Positions 20,928-31,540 of a stretch of 64,000 nt of DNA are shown here, piece after piece (positions within the stretch are counted from its first letter, which is position 1; every line of letters begins with the position of its first letter). The position numbers and the translations under genes are program-made. The notes below the pieces were generated by a model. It was given only the letters and a program-made list of their open reading frames with translations. It did no database searches and had not been told where the DNA came from. Source of the DNA: Pelagomonas calceolata. Lineage: Eukaryota. Location: positions 3,782,001 to 3,846,000 of the forward strand of contig CAKKNE010000004.1 of NCBI GenBank assembly GCA_918797485.1, given 5' to 3'.

Positions 20928-23534
20928 ATGGACTGCATCATAGCAGTAGCCGAGAAACCGAGCATCGCGGACGCCATCGCAAAAGCATTGGCGTCGTCGT
21001 CAATCACGACGCGGTCCGCGACGGGCGTCCGCACGCACGAGTTCCAGGGTCGCTACGAGGGCCGCCAGTGCGAGTTCCGCGTCACGTCCGTGCTCGGCCA
21101 CTGCTTCTCGCTGGACTTCGCCGAGGCCTACCGGGACTGGGACGCCTGCGACCCGGCCGAGCTCTGGGACGCGCCCGTCGTGAGCGTGCCGACGTCCGGC
21201 GGCGTGCTCAAGAACCTGCGCGAGACCGCGAGCGGCGGCGACGCGCTGATCCTGTTCCTCGACTGCGACCGCGAGGGCGAGGCCATCGCGTTCCAGGTCA
21301 TCGACGTCTGCGGCCCGCAGCTGCGGCGCGGCGCGGCTATTCGCCGCGCCAAGTTCTCGTCGGTCACGGCGGAGGACATCGCGCGGGCGATGCGGAGCCT
21401 CGGCGAGCCCGACGCGAATTTGGCCGAGGCCGTGCTCGCGCGGCAGGAGCTGGACCTGCGCGTGGGCGTGGCTTTTACGCGCTTCTCGACAAAACATTTC
21501 CTTGACAAGTACGCTCTATTAGATGCGCGCCTTTTAAGCTACGGCCCCTGCCAGACGCCTACTCTTGGCTTTGTAGTCCAGCGCGAGGACGAGATCGCGA
21601 CGTTCGCGCCCGAGCCCTTCTGGGAGCTCACGGCCGAGGCGACGCTCGCCGGCGAGACGGTGGACGTGGCGTGGCAGAGAGGAAGGTGCTTCGACCGCGC
21701 CGTCGCGGCCGCGCTCGCGCGGGGCTGCGGGGCCGAGGCCGTCGTCGCCGAGGCCAGCGAGGGGACGCGCGCGCAGCCGCCGCCGCTGCCCTTCAACACG
21801 GTGGAACTGCTGAAGACGGCCTCCAAGGTCCTGCGCCTGAGCCCGGCGCAGACGATGCGCCACGCCGAGCACCTCTACCTCGACGGCCACCTCTCGTACC
21901 CGCGCACGGAGACGAACAAGTTCCCGCCGTCCTTCGACGTCGAGGGCGCCCTGCGCCAGCAGGCGGGGGACGACCGTTGGGGCGCCTACGCGCGGCGGCT
22001 CCTCGACGACGGCGCCTGGTCGCGGCCGCGGCGCGGGACCGACGCCGGCGACCACCCGCCCATCACGCCGACGGCGCCCTTCGACGGCGGCGGGCCGGCG
22101 GGCCGGCTCTACGAGCTCGTGGCGCGGCGCTTCCTCGCGGCCGTGTCGCCGGACGCGCTGCGGCGGGCCCAGCGCGTCGCGCTCCGCGAGCGGGCCACAG
22201 GCGAGGCCTTCACGTTTTCGCGCGAGGTCCTCCTCGAGCCGGGCTTCCTCGAGGTGCTCCAGACGCGCCGCGACGACGAGGGCTGCAGCCTCGTCGCGGC
22301 GCTGCCGGCGGCGGGCGCCGCGGTCCCGCTCCGCGTCGATGCCGTGCCGCGCGAGCGGCAGACGCGGCCGCCCGACCGCCTCACGGAGGCCGAGTGCGTC
22401 GCGCTCATGGAGAAGCACGGCATCGGCACGGACGCGTCGATCCCGTCGCACATCGAGAACGTCTGCAAGCGCAACTACGTCCAGGTCGACTCTGGCCGGC
22501 GCCTCCGGCCGACCACCCTGGGCCTGGCCCTCGCGCGCGGCTTCGGCGTCGTCGACGCGGCGCTCGTGCAGCCCGCCGTGCGCGCGCAGATCGAGAAGCT
22601 GTGCGACGTCGTGGCGCGCGGCGACGCGCCGCGGGGCCGCGTCGTCGCGCACGCGATCCAAATGTTCGCGGCAAAATTTGCCTACTTCACCAACAACCTC
22701 GCCGGCGTCGAGGCCCTCTTCGACGCCGTCTTCGACGAGCGGCCCGAGGGCGACAAGGCCGAGCGGCCCTTCGCCCGCGACGGGCCGACGGCGCAGTACC
22801 TGCTCAAGCGGGGCCGGCGCCTCTTCGCGCCAGCGACGAAGGAGCTCCTGCAGCTGCCCGCGCCCGGCGCCGTCGCGAGCCTCAACGGGGCGCGCTGCCC
22901 CGCCTGCCGGTCGGAGCTGCTGCGCTACGCGCTCCGCGACGGGCCCGGGGCCCACGACCGCACGGACGTGGCGTACCCGCTCTGCGCGCGCTGCTTCGAC
23001 GTCGTGGCCGGCGGCGGCGCCGGCGTCGACGGCGCGCTCGCCGCGCTCCACGCCGCCGCGGAGGAGAGTTGGGGCGCGGCGCCGCCGTCGCTCTGCCTCG
23101 AGTGCCCGATGCCCGACGGCCACCCGGCGCTCGGCGCGTTTCTCGTCGCGCGCGATGCGCGAGACATTTTTGGCGGCGCGGCGCGGGGGGTGGCGGTGCT
23201 GGAACCGGGACGCGCCGGCGCGAAGACGCGGCCTCGCGTCGTGTCGACGCGGCCGCCCGTCTTCGTGGGCACTTTTCACGCATCCGTCGCGAGCGTCGCC
23301 ATCATCGCCGGCCCTCGGCTCCGCCTCACATTTGCCAAGGGCGAGTCCCCGCTGGACCAGGGCGCGGGCGCCTGCACGCGGCCGCCCACCGACCCCCTCG
23401 TGAAAGCGCTCCTCGCCGCGAAGCGGACGACGCTCGCGCCGCACGTCGGGCGCGGCCGCGGCCGCGGGAAGGGTCGCGGCGGCGGGCGTGGAGGCAAGGG
23501 GCGGCGCGGTGGTGGCAAAGGGAAGAAGGGATGA
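20928..23534 (+). CDS. TOP3B: DNA topoisomerase III beta
   Basis: VAEKPSIA, TSVLGH, LDCDREGE, SYGPCQTPTL, catalytic SYPRTET, GIGTDASI, RGG-rich tail. Confidence 0.92.
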   Translation: MDCIIAVAEKPSIADAIAKALASSSITTRSATGVRTHEFQGRYEGRQCEFRVTSVLGHCFSLDFAEAYRDWDACDPAELWDAPVVSVPTSGGVLKNLRETASGGDALILFLDCDREGEAIAFQVIDVCGPQLRRGAAIRRAKFSSVTAEDIARAMRSLGEPDANLAEAVLARQELDLRVGVAFTRFSTKHFLDKYALLDARLLSYGPCQTPTLGFVVQREDEIATFAPEPFWELTAEATLAGETVDVAWQRGRCFDRAVAAALARGCGAEAVVAEASEGTRAQPPPLPFNTVELLKTASKVLRLSPAQTMRHAEHLYLDGHLSYPRTETNKFPPSFDVEGALRQQAGDDRWGAYARRLLDDGAWSRPRRGTDAGDHPPITPTAPFDGGGPAGRLYELVARRFLAAVSPDALRRAQRVALRERATGEAFTFSREVLLEPGFLEVLQTRRDDEGCSLVAALPAAGAAVPLRVDAVPRERQTRPPDRLTEAECVALMEKHGIGTDASIPSHIENVCKRNYVQVDSGRRLRPTTLGLALARGFGVVDAALVQPAVRAQIEKLCDVVARGDAPRGRVVAHAIQMFAAKFAYFTNNLAGVEALFDAVFDERPEGDKAERPFARDGPTAQYLLKRGRRLFAPATKELLQLPAPGAVASLNGARCPACRSELLRYALRDGPGAHDRTDVAYPLCARCFDVVAGGGAGVDGALAALHAAAEESWGAAPPSLCLECPMPDGHPALGAFLVARDARDIFGGAARGVAVLEPGRAGAKTRPRVVSTRPPVFVGTFHASVASVAIIAGPRLRLTFAKGESPLDQGAGACTRPPTDPLVKALLAAKRTTLAPHVGRGRGRGKGRGGGRGGKGRRGGGKGKKG

Positions 23535-23594
23535 GTGTTTTTTGTTGTTGTCTAATTTTGGTCAGGATTCAAGGTCACACAGAGTAGTAGAGAT

Positions 23595-24738
23595 TTAAGG
23601 CCGGTCCACGTCCGACGGGTTCGCCGCGCGGGCCGCCTCGACGCGCGGGTCCTCGACGATTGCCGTCGCCGGCGTCAGCGCGTCGGCGAGGCGTCCGCGC
23701 GGCGCTAGACGCGTAGCAACGACGCTTTCGCCCTCGACGCGCTTGAGCCATATCCACGGTGCTCCAGTGCCTGTAAAGTTCGGAACGTCGCGGTCGGCGA
23801 GCGCCGTCCCTGGCTTGCCTTCTAAAGACAGAATCGAGTAGTCGGCGCCGTCGACGACGAGCGCCGCGAAGTGGTCGATGCATACGCCCGTTTCCCCGTT
23901 GTGCCGGCGCATCATCGCGTCGAAGTCGTCGGCGCCTTGTGTGGAAATCAAATTTACGGCGCGTTCGTGCTGAATCGCCGCGTCGACCTCCACGCCATCG
24001 ACGCGACACCTGCTCGATGGCGTGGCGATGTCGGTTCCTCACCCGGAGCCAGTGCACCCGACTCACTGGTTGATTTCCACACAGGTCCGCACGGAGCACG
24101 CCGTTTGACTGTGTCCGGTCGTGGTGCGGGCAGCACAATCCGGGCAAGACTCCGAGCCCCCCGCACCGGATGTACTCCCAGGGCTTTGCGTCGCTGCCGG
24201 ACGCGCCCTGCGTGCTCGCCTCGGCAGAACCGCCTGCGATCATGGCGTCCGCGTAGGATTCGGGGTCCGCGCTATCGCTGTGGCCGGCGTCGAACCAGCA
24301 GATGGCGCCCGCAGACCCGCCGGTTAGCACGCATCCCCGCGCCGCCGCCTTTCGCAGCTCCTCGTCTAAGCCGAAGCGCTTCCAGCGGTCCACCGCAAAC
24401 AGTGTGTTTCCGCCGCTGACCAGCACGATGTCAGCGCGCGCCAAAAGAGCTTCGACGGCTCCTGGCGTCGGTGGCATGCGCGCGACGTCCAGCGCCTCGA
24501 CGGCGACGCCGCGACTGCGAAATCCGCTCACCTGCTTCTCGCGGTTCGCGGCCAGGTCGTACGTCGCCGTGCCGAGGTAGCACAGGAGGCAATCCTTCGC
24601 CGGCTTGCTTGTGAGCTTGAGGACGGCGTCGACGATTGCCGGCTCGTGCATGATTGCGGAACCTGAACCACCCAGGACGGCGCGCAGCGCTGTTGTTGGC
24701 CATGCAGCAGCCATTATTATACAGCAGAGGGTGCGCAT
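23595..24738 (-). CDS. Peptidase S51 (dipeptidase E/cyanophycinase-like) (join 24738..24093,23935..23595)
   Basis: VSGGNT, GGSAGAICW, CPHHD; spliced NGVLRADDFDAMM...GVCIDH. Confidence 0.85.
23936..24092 (-). mobile_element. Introner GT-AG intron (157 nt)
   Basis: Ends CTTGTGTGGAAATCA...TGATTTCCACACAG; TSD GTCGGCGC/GTCCGCAC (6/8); body closely similar to the 26378 and 26717 elements, with an internal deletion. Confidence 0.9.
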
Positions 24739-24797
24739 GCGCAGCTGTCAAGATATGATTCGATGAGTTCGCTCGTAGCAACTTGTGAGCGCAAGAT

Positions 24798-24819
24798 GCT
24801 AGTGAAGTGTCACTCTAGC
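24798..24819. promoter_or_regulatory. CTAG-N12-CTAG variant, copy A
   Basis: GCTAGTGAAGTGTCACTCTAGC upstream of ATG 24738(-). Confidence 0.5.
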
Positions 24820-24985
24820 GCGCAGACGTCGCCGACGCGCTCCGTGGAGTCCCGCCCGCGCGCACGCGGCGCGGTCGCCCAGGCCGAGGTCCGCGAGCTT
24901 TTCCTTGAGAGAGACGAAAGACTTAGGAGGGGCCTTGAGCGCCGCGCCCTTGCGACGCGTGACGAACGCGCCAGAGCGAGAGCGC

Positions 24986-25435
24986 CTACTTGGCCTCCGA
25001 CAGCATCTTGAGGTACTTGGCCTTCTTCGCGGCGGGCGGCGCGTTCTCCTTGCTGCCCTCGATCTCGGCGTGCATGCGCGCGACGTCGTCGGCCGTGATG
25101 ATCTTGGAGTAGGTGGCGTTGATGTGGGCCTTGTAGGCCGCCATGCCGACGTCGGCCGGCGTCTTGGTGCACTCGAAGAAGCCCGGCTTGCCCGAGACGG
25201 CCGCGAGGCCGCACGTCGCCTTGCGCCACTGGAAGGTGTCCCAGACGTCCGGCCGGCCGGCGAAGAGCTTCGCGCCCGCGTCGAGGACGGACGTGCCCGT
25301 GGGCACCTGCACGAACATGAACGCCCGCGCGCCGAGGACGCCCGAGCCGCCGTGGGCCCGTAACGGGTCCTTCAGGATTGCTTGCGCGGCGCCCTTCGCA
25401 GGCGCGACGAAGTTCTTGACGATTCGAAAGTTCAC
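24986..25435 (-). CDS. Hypothetical protein (start unresolved)
   Basis: Strong GC3 bias in this frame, but no in-frame ATG at the 5' end. Confidence 0.4.
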   Translation of the reverse strand: MNFRIVKNFVAPAKGAAQAILKDPLRAHGGSGVLGARAFMFVQVPTGTSVLDAGAKLFAGRPDVWDTFQWRKATCGLAAVSGKPGFFECTKTPADVGMAAYKAHINATYSKIITADDVARMHAEIEGSKENAPPAAKKAKYLKMLSEAK

Positions 25436-25562
25436 CTCCGCCGCTCCCCCGCGTTCGAGTTGCTGTACCTCGGGTAATTCAGTTTGAAATTGGGCATGTT
25501 TTACGGGGCGAACGGCTGAGCTCCTTCCCCGGAGATAAAAGGCTGCACACTTGTATCCGAGA

Positions 25563-25584
25563 GCTAGTGAAGTGCCACTCTAGC
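25563..25584. promoter_or_regulatory. CTAG-N12-CTAG variant, copy B
   Basis: GCTAGTGAAGTGCCACTCTAGC upstream of ATG 25664(+); 21/22 identical to copy A. Confidence 0.5.
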
Positions 25585-25663
25585 CTTGACAGTCCGCAGA
25601 GGCAGCGCTGTGCATGCTCTCTGGTCCATAAAGCTGCCCCACGTCAGATAAATACCTCACACA

Positions 25664-28289
25664 ATGGGCAGCCAGCAATCCGTCGCCGGCGAGCTCCAGG
25701 GGCTCCACGAGAAGTGCGTCGACGCGCTGGCAGAGCCGAGCAAGGGTGCCCAAGATGCCGCCCGGCTGCGGGCCTTGCTCGGCGACGTCCTCACCGCGAT
25801 CGGCCGCCTCCAAGGCGTCGAATCCGACGACGAGGCTCTGAGAACCTCTGATGGGGTCTCTGAGAACCTAGATCTCGGCAACGACGATGAGGGGGACGAG
25901 GACGAGGACGACGCTGTCGACGAGCTAGCGCCCGTGGATGCTGATGCGGTAATACGCCGCGGCGAGGTGTGGTCGGACCCTGTGAGGAAATCAACCGTGA
26001 GCCATGGCGCCTGAAATATTGCGTGGACCTTTGTGGACCTCCTCGCCATCGAACCGACGCGGTCACAGCGACAACGTCGCGTCGATGGCCTGAGAACTCC
26101 ACGCCATCGAGCAGACGCAGCTACGGAGACAACATCGCGTCGATGAGGTGGGGCGCCTGAAATTTGTTTTCCATACAGGTCGGACCCGACGTTTCCCGCG
26201 AACGAAGCTTCGCTCGGCTTGCGGGACGACGTCGACGAGGGACGGGGTCCTGAGTCTCGGGGCTGGGGCGGCGTCGCTTGGGAGCGGTGCGGGGAGCTCT
26301 TCAAACAATGTAGGCTGTTTAAGAACGCACCGTCGCCGTTTGACGTCGCCCAAGGCGGCCTCGGGGACTGTTATCTCCTGTGCGGAAATCAAATTTACGG
26401 CGCGTTCGTCCTAAATCGCGCGTCGACCTCCACGCCATCGACGCGGCACTTGCTCGATGGAGTGGCGGTGTCGGTTCCTCACCGCTCGACGGAACCAGCG
26501 CGGCCACGTCATCGCCGAGAAATGACTTAGCGAAGAATTATTGGGTGCACCCGACGCACTGGTTGATTTCCACACAGGTTATCTCCTCTCGGCTCTGTGC
26601 GTGCTGGCTGAGAGGCCGGCGAGGATTTACAAGCTCTTCGAGACGACGGAGTTGAATACCGCGGGCCTCGTCGGTGCACGACTCTACCTGCACGGCGAGG
26701 AGAGACTCGTGTTGGTCTGTGCGGAAATCAAATTTACGGCGCCTTCGTCATGAATCGCCGCGTCGACCTCCACGCCATCGACGCGACGCCTGCTCGATGG
26801 CGTGGCGATGTCGGTTCCTCACCGCTCGACGGAGCCAGCGCGGCCACGTCATCGCCGAGAAATGACTTAGTGAAGAATTATCGTGCACCCGACGCACTGG
26901 TTGATTTCCACACAGGTGTTGGTCGACGACCAGCTGCCGACGCGGGGCGACAATCTGTTCTTCGCGCGCTCGCGCACGGAGGGGGAGATGTGGGTTTCGA
27001 TGTTCGAAAAAGCCTTCGCCAAGGCCTACGGCTCCTACGCGAACATCGAAATGGGGTCGACCGCGCGCACTCTGGAGACGCTCACCGGCGCTCCGTCGAC
27101 AACAACAACAATCCGCGGCCGCGACGCGGCGGCGGCGACCGCAATGTTCGAGACGATAGACGGGGCGCTAAAAAGGCGCCACGTCGTCTGCCTGGGAATG
27201 GGAGATCACCCGCAAGATCTGCAGCGGCTGGTGGGGATCGTCGAGAAGCACGCCTACGCCTGCCTAGGCTCCGCAGAAGTCCAGGGCGAGCGGCTCGTGA
27301 GGATACGGAACCCCTGGGCGGACGGCACGGAGTACCGTGGGAAATGGTCCGACGACAGCGAAGAGTGGACGCCCGAATTGCGGCGGGACCTGGATCACGG
27401 CGTCGCCGCCGACGGTGTGTTCTGGATGGCGATCGAAGATGTGGTCGGCCTGTTCGATGATGTCGTGGTATGTGCTGTGGACGACCACGCTCACTACTGT
27501 CACTCGCCGCGCGCGGCGTTGCCGGACGCCAAGACGCGGTTGCTAGCTTTCGAGCTGCGGCCGCTGCGTACGGCCCACGTCGTGGTCACGTGTCGCCAGC
27601 CGGACACACGCGACGACGACGCCGCAACCGGCTACCACGCCGTGCGCGCGGCCGTCTACCGCTTGCCCGATGCAAACTCGCCTGCTGCAAAGCGCGTCGG
27701 CGCGTCGGGTGGCGAAGACCACACTTACCTGGTGGCCCGTGACGTCGTCGCCGCTGACGCCACGCTACACGCGAATCGATCGTACATTGTCGTTGTCGAG
27801 ACGTTCGAAGATCGCGAGCGGCTAGGTCCATTGGATGGGACGTGTGTTGTTTCGACGTACGGTGGCGCGACCTGCGCCATCGCCCCGCTCGCGCCAAAAC
27901 AGGGGGACCTCGCGCAAGCGACGTGCGCCCTGGCGTTCACGCGCTTCGCCAAGGACGCGCGCGAGTCGAACTACGGCGACGACGCGCCCAGCGTGACGCT
28001 GCGCACCTGGTCACGCCGCGGAGAGAGCCTGTACACCATGCTCTACGCCAACGCGTCGGAGGGCCTGGTTCTCAAGGAAAGGGTTACATTCGAGCTCGAG
28101 AACTGTCAAGTCTACCGCGCCACGCTCGACGCCGACGGCGACGCCGTCGTCGCGCTCACCGCCGTCGACCCAACCGTCAAGGTGACGTTGGCGCCCGGCG
28201 CGGCGACGCTGCTCCTCATCCGCAAGTCACCGGACGCGCAGTCGTTCGGCTACAACTACCGCCGAGCGTACTCGATTCGCGGGCGGTAG
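25664..28289 (+). CDS. Calpain-family cysteine protease (join 25664..25971,26179..26369,26578..26708,26916..28289)
   Basis: Spliced WSDPTFP, QGGLGDCYLLSAL (Cys), VLVDDQLP, EKAFAK, HAY (His), IRNPW (Asn). Confidence 0.92.
25972..26178 (+). mobile_element. Introner GT-AG intron (207 nt), subfamily B
   Basis: Perfect 8-bp TSD GTCGGACC (25972-25979, 26179-26186); 199-bp element CTGTGAGGAAATCA...TTTTCCATACAG. Confidence 0.93.
26370..26577 (+). mobile_element. Introner GT-AG intron (208 nt), subfamily A
   Basis: Perfect TSD GTTATCTC (26370-26377, 26578-26585); 200-bp element CTGTGCGGAAATCA...TGATTTCCACACAG; splits the catalytic Cys codon. Confidence 0.95.
26709..26915 (+). mobile_element. Introner GT-AG intron (207 nt), subfamily A
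   Basis: Perfect TSD GTGTTGGT (26709-26716, 26916-26923); 199-bp element closely similar to 26378-26577. Confidence 0.95.
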
Positions 28290-28293
28290 AATG

Positions 28294-30171
28294 CTAAACA
28301 GACTTAAGCTCGGCCCTAGGCGGATAGCCCGCCCGAAAATTGGGGTCGATGCTCCGCGCGACGAGCGGCGTGTCGGGCCAGAGTTCCGGATCCGCCGGCG
28401 CCTCGGCGAGAGCTGGCGCGGCCTCCGCCGGCATCGGCGGCGCGGCGACAGGTGCGTCCGCCGCGGGCAGCAGGTCGAGCCCGTAATCATGGATCAGCTC
28501 AGCGAACCAAGACTGGAGCTGGTCGAACTCGAGGAAGGTGAGCCCGCGCGGGTCCTCCGGTTCGTACTTCGAGGCGCACTTGCGGATCACCGGGTAGGAG
28601 CGGATCGACCGTAAGATGGGATGATCCTTCAGCTCCTCGCTCGCCTCTCCGTCCGCCATCGCCAGGAGCGTCGCGACGGGCAGATGGTTCGGTGACGGCG
28701 TCCGTGCGGTGGCGCAGAGCTCCCCGAACAAGTTCTCAGCGTGGATACGACCGAGATCTCCCTGCCCACTAGTAGTCCCTTGGCTCACAAGCACAGTGCC
28801 CTGGGGCGTCTGGGGCGTGCGCGCCCGCGCCTCGACCACCGGCGGCGTGCCGCTGCGCGCCGCCGCGACCGCCGCGTCGAGGCGCTGCGCCTCGCGCGCG
28901 TCGAGGCGCCCGAGCGACGGCGGGTACGGTATCGGCGGGTCCGAGGCCACAGAAAAATCGTCACCGGTCAGCGCCGACGCCACGGAGCGGGCGCCCGCCG
29001 ATGCGGCGGTCGACGCGAGGGCTCGAGCGACCGACGCGGTCCCGCCCCCCTCCAGGGGACGGAGGCGCGGACCCGGCCCGACGCGGCGGCTGTAGGGCGA
29101 GTTGTACCGCTGGCGGCCCCGCGGCGCCCCGCGCATCGGCCGCGCGCGCGCCGCCTCTACGATGGAGCGGTCGAAGAACGTTTCCACGTCCGCGTCGCGC
29201 GCGACATCCCGCGCGAACGCGGCCTCGGCGTCCGACCCGCCCTGGTGGCTCACGCTCGTCGCGGCGCGGGACGAGAGCTCGTAGCGCGAGCCGTCGACGT
29301 CCGTGACGGCGAAGCGGGGCGGCGCGAACGGGTCGCGCGGCCGCGGCGGCAGGGGCTTGATCTTGTCGATGGACGGCATCAAGGGCCCGCGATGGGACGA
29401 GCGGCCGGTGCGGAAGACCCCCCGGCGCTTCGCCGCGAGCGCGCGCCGCCGCGTCTCCGCGTGCGCGCGCCGCCGGTCGTGCGACCCCAGCAGCGCCGGC
29501 TCCTCGTCGGCGGTCCGCTCCGGCACCGGCGCCGTGGCCGCGCCGCCGCGGGCCGCCAGCGGCAGCGGCAGGCCGTCGGGCCCGAGCTCGGGCTTGGGCC
29601 ACGCGTAGCCGATGACGTCGTCGGTCGTCGCGAGCCGCGAGAACTCCTCGAGGTAGCGCGCGCGCGCCTCGGCCTCGAAGTCGGCGAAGGCCTTCGCGCG
29701 GCGCGCGGCGCCGGGCTCGGCCGCCGGCGCGGCGGCCGGGGCGACCGGCTTGAGGTAGCTCCGCGGCACGTAGCCGGAGGCCCCGTCGTAGGCCGCGGCG
29801 AAGACCCAGCCCGTCGCCGCGAGCTCCGCCCGCAGCACGACGACGCGCTGGTCCTTGGCCAACCCGAGCTCCGTGCGCTCGACGGGCGCGATGGCCCCCC
29901 GCGCGCGCGCGCGGCAGAGCGCTTTTTCGTCCGTCGCCGCGCCGCCGGCCCGGTCGCGCGCGGCCCAGTAGGCCCGGGCCTCCTCTTCCGAGATCTCGGC
30001 CGCGTCGTCGGGCGCCGGAGGCGCCGCGGGCGCCGGCGCCGGCGCCGCGGCGGGCTCCTCGGGCGTGCCCGGCGGCGTGATGTCGAACCCGAACAGGTCG
30101 CACATCTCCCGGAACTCGCGCCGGTCGTACTCGGCTCCTAGGATGTCATCCTTATCCTCCTCCGGTGCCAT
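28294..30171 (-). CDS. SH3-domain-containing protein
   Basis: ELGLAKDQRVVVL...GWVFA...GYVPRSYL. Confidence 0.7.
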   Translation of the reverse strand: MAPEEDKDDILGAEYDRREFREMCDLFGFDITPPGTPEEPAAAPAPAPAAPPAPDDAAEISEEEARAYWAARDRAGGAATDEKALCRARARGAIAPVERTELGLAKDQRVVVLRAELAATGWVFAAAYDGASGYVPRSYLKPVAPAAAPAAEPGAARRAKAFADFEAEARARYLEEFSRLATTDDVIGYAWPKPELGPDGLPLPLAARGGAATAPVPERTADEEPALLGSHDRRRAHAETRRRALAAKRRGVFRTGRSSHRGPLMPSIDKIKPLPPRPRDPFAPPRFAVTDVDGSRYELSSRAATSVSHQGGSDAEAAFARDVARDADVETFFDRSIVEAARARPMRGAPRGRQRYNSPYSRRVGPGPRLRPLEGGGTASVARALASTAASAGARSVASALTGDDFSVASDPPIPYPPSLGRLDAREAQRLDAAVAAARSGTPPVVEARARTPQTPQGTVLVSQGTTSGQGDLGRIHAENLFGELCATARTPSPNHLPVATLLAMADGEASEELKDHPILRSIRSYPVIRKCASKYEPEDPRGLTFLEFDQLQSWFAELIHDYGLDLLPAADAPVAAPPMPAEAAPALAEAPADPELWPDTPLVARSIDPNFRAGYPPRAELKSV

Positions 30172-30793
30172 GCTGCCCTTGCCACAGGGCTGCCTTTCCA
30201 GCGTCTTGGCCGGGCTATGACTATCAATGATGATCCGCGCGCACCACTGCGCTCATGCAAGGCCAAGAAGCAGCACGATGAGTCCGCCTTTTGTCCTGTG
30301 TTTTAGGCACACATCCAGGCGCTGCAGGCGGTGGGCCCATGGGAGACCTCTGGGCACGTTCACCCGACGGACGCCATACATGGCTCTATGTACTCGTAGT
30401 GAGGTATACATACGACTCGTCTGTCCAGGCATTGGACTCGCCGGGCGCGGCGGACGACGCGCGCCGTCAAGGCGCCGGCCTAAGTCTCAACACGCAGTTG
30501 GTAGTGAATTTGCTTTCGAAAGGCCCGTGGGTGGGCCGCACGCTGCTCGTGAGGCTTGGATCGAATACGCGACCAAAAAAAACGGGTTTGCAGCACGTTT
30601 GACCTAGCCTCGGCTTGTACGCCCGGCACACTGGGCCTCTTTCTGTCGACTCTGCCTGAAACGACCTGCGGGAACAACAGATGGTCGACCACAACTCGAT
30701 GTGCAACAGAGACAAATGAATTGACACAGCAATTTTATTGAATTCCTGCTGTGACAGTGCTGTCACACAGTCACAGTGGTGGCTGCAGTTACT

Positions 30794-31040
30794 ATGCGTC
30801 GGCTCGCGCTACAACTCTGCGTCGTCGCGACGGCGCATTCAGCGCGTCTCGTCTATACAACGCCCGGGAGCGCCGAACGCCTTGAAATTTGCGTGCCAGC
30901 GAAGGCCGGCTCGACGACGATATTTCATGCCCTCCATCGCGCGATCGTCGGCACCGAGTTCAACGCATCTACCTCCCCCGCCCGAGTCGGCCCGACCCTC
31001 GGGTATGTGCAAAACGTCGCGGCTTGGTCCCGGGAACGCG
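30794..31040 (+). pseudogene. 5' fragment of a sulfotransferase-like gene
   Basis: Signal peptide plus the 5'-PSB-like motif CVPAKAGSTT; the frame then runs into the antisense of the opposite fragment. Confidence 0.45.
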
Positions 31041-31291
31041 CATGCGACCAGTCGCGACGGCGACGAGAGGGCCCGGATCCGCTCGAGGGAGAACTCCGGC
31101 CCATCGCGCTCGTCGTAGATGTAGAATTTGTCGAGCGGCGCGTTCGCCGAGGCTTGGCTCTTGCGCGATGATGCGCGGGCCGGCTTCGCTGGTTTGTCGG
31201 CCCATGGCGTCCAGCCCGGCCCGTTGACGCAGCTCGTGAGTCGGCTCGCTACCAGTTTGAGGAGAAGCAGGCCGCCCAACGTCGCGCGCAT
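31040..31291 (-). pseudogene. 5' fragment of an exostosin/GT47-like gene
   Basis: Signal peptide MRATLGGLLLL and KFYIYD; the frame continues only as antisense of the + fragment. Confidence 0.35.
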
Positions 31292-31540
31292 TTGCTTATT
31301 TTACAGCGCACCGTCTGGGCGGCGTTCCTGGTTGAGAGAATTTAAGCGGCGTGATGGAGATGGTTTCAGGCTTTCAGCCCTGGGCGGTGATGAGGTGAGA
31401 ATGTTGTCTCTGCCTGTTTATAGCATGATAACCACACACAAATTTCCGGTAGAGAGCTGAGCGCCGCAAGCGGTGCAAAAGTGGTCGGATAACGTGAAAA
31501 ACCCGCGCAGTAAGAAAAAAAACAGTACTCAACTTATCAG

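Noticed and set aside
1500..31040. Single inversion linking the two truncated-gene junctions
   Set aside because: Re-inverting would join an exostosin-like start to a TPR tail, which is not coherent; two independent deletions are simpler.
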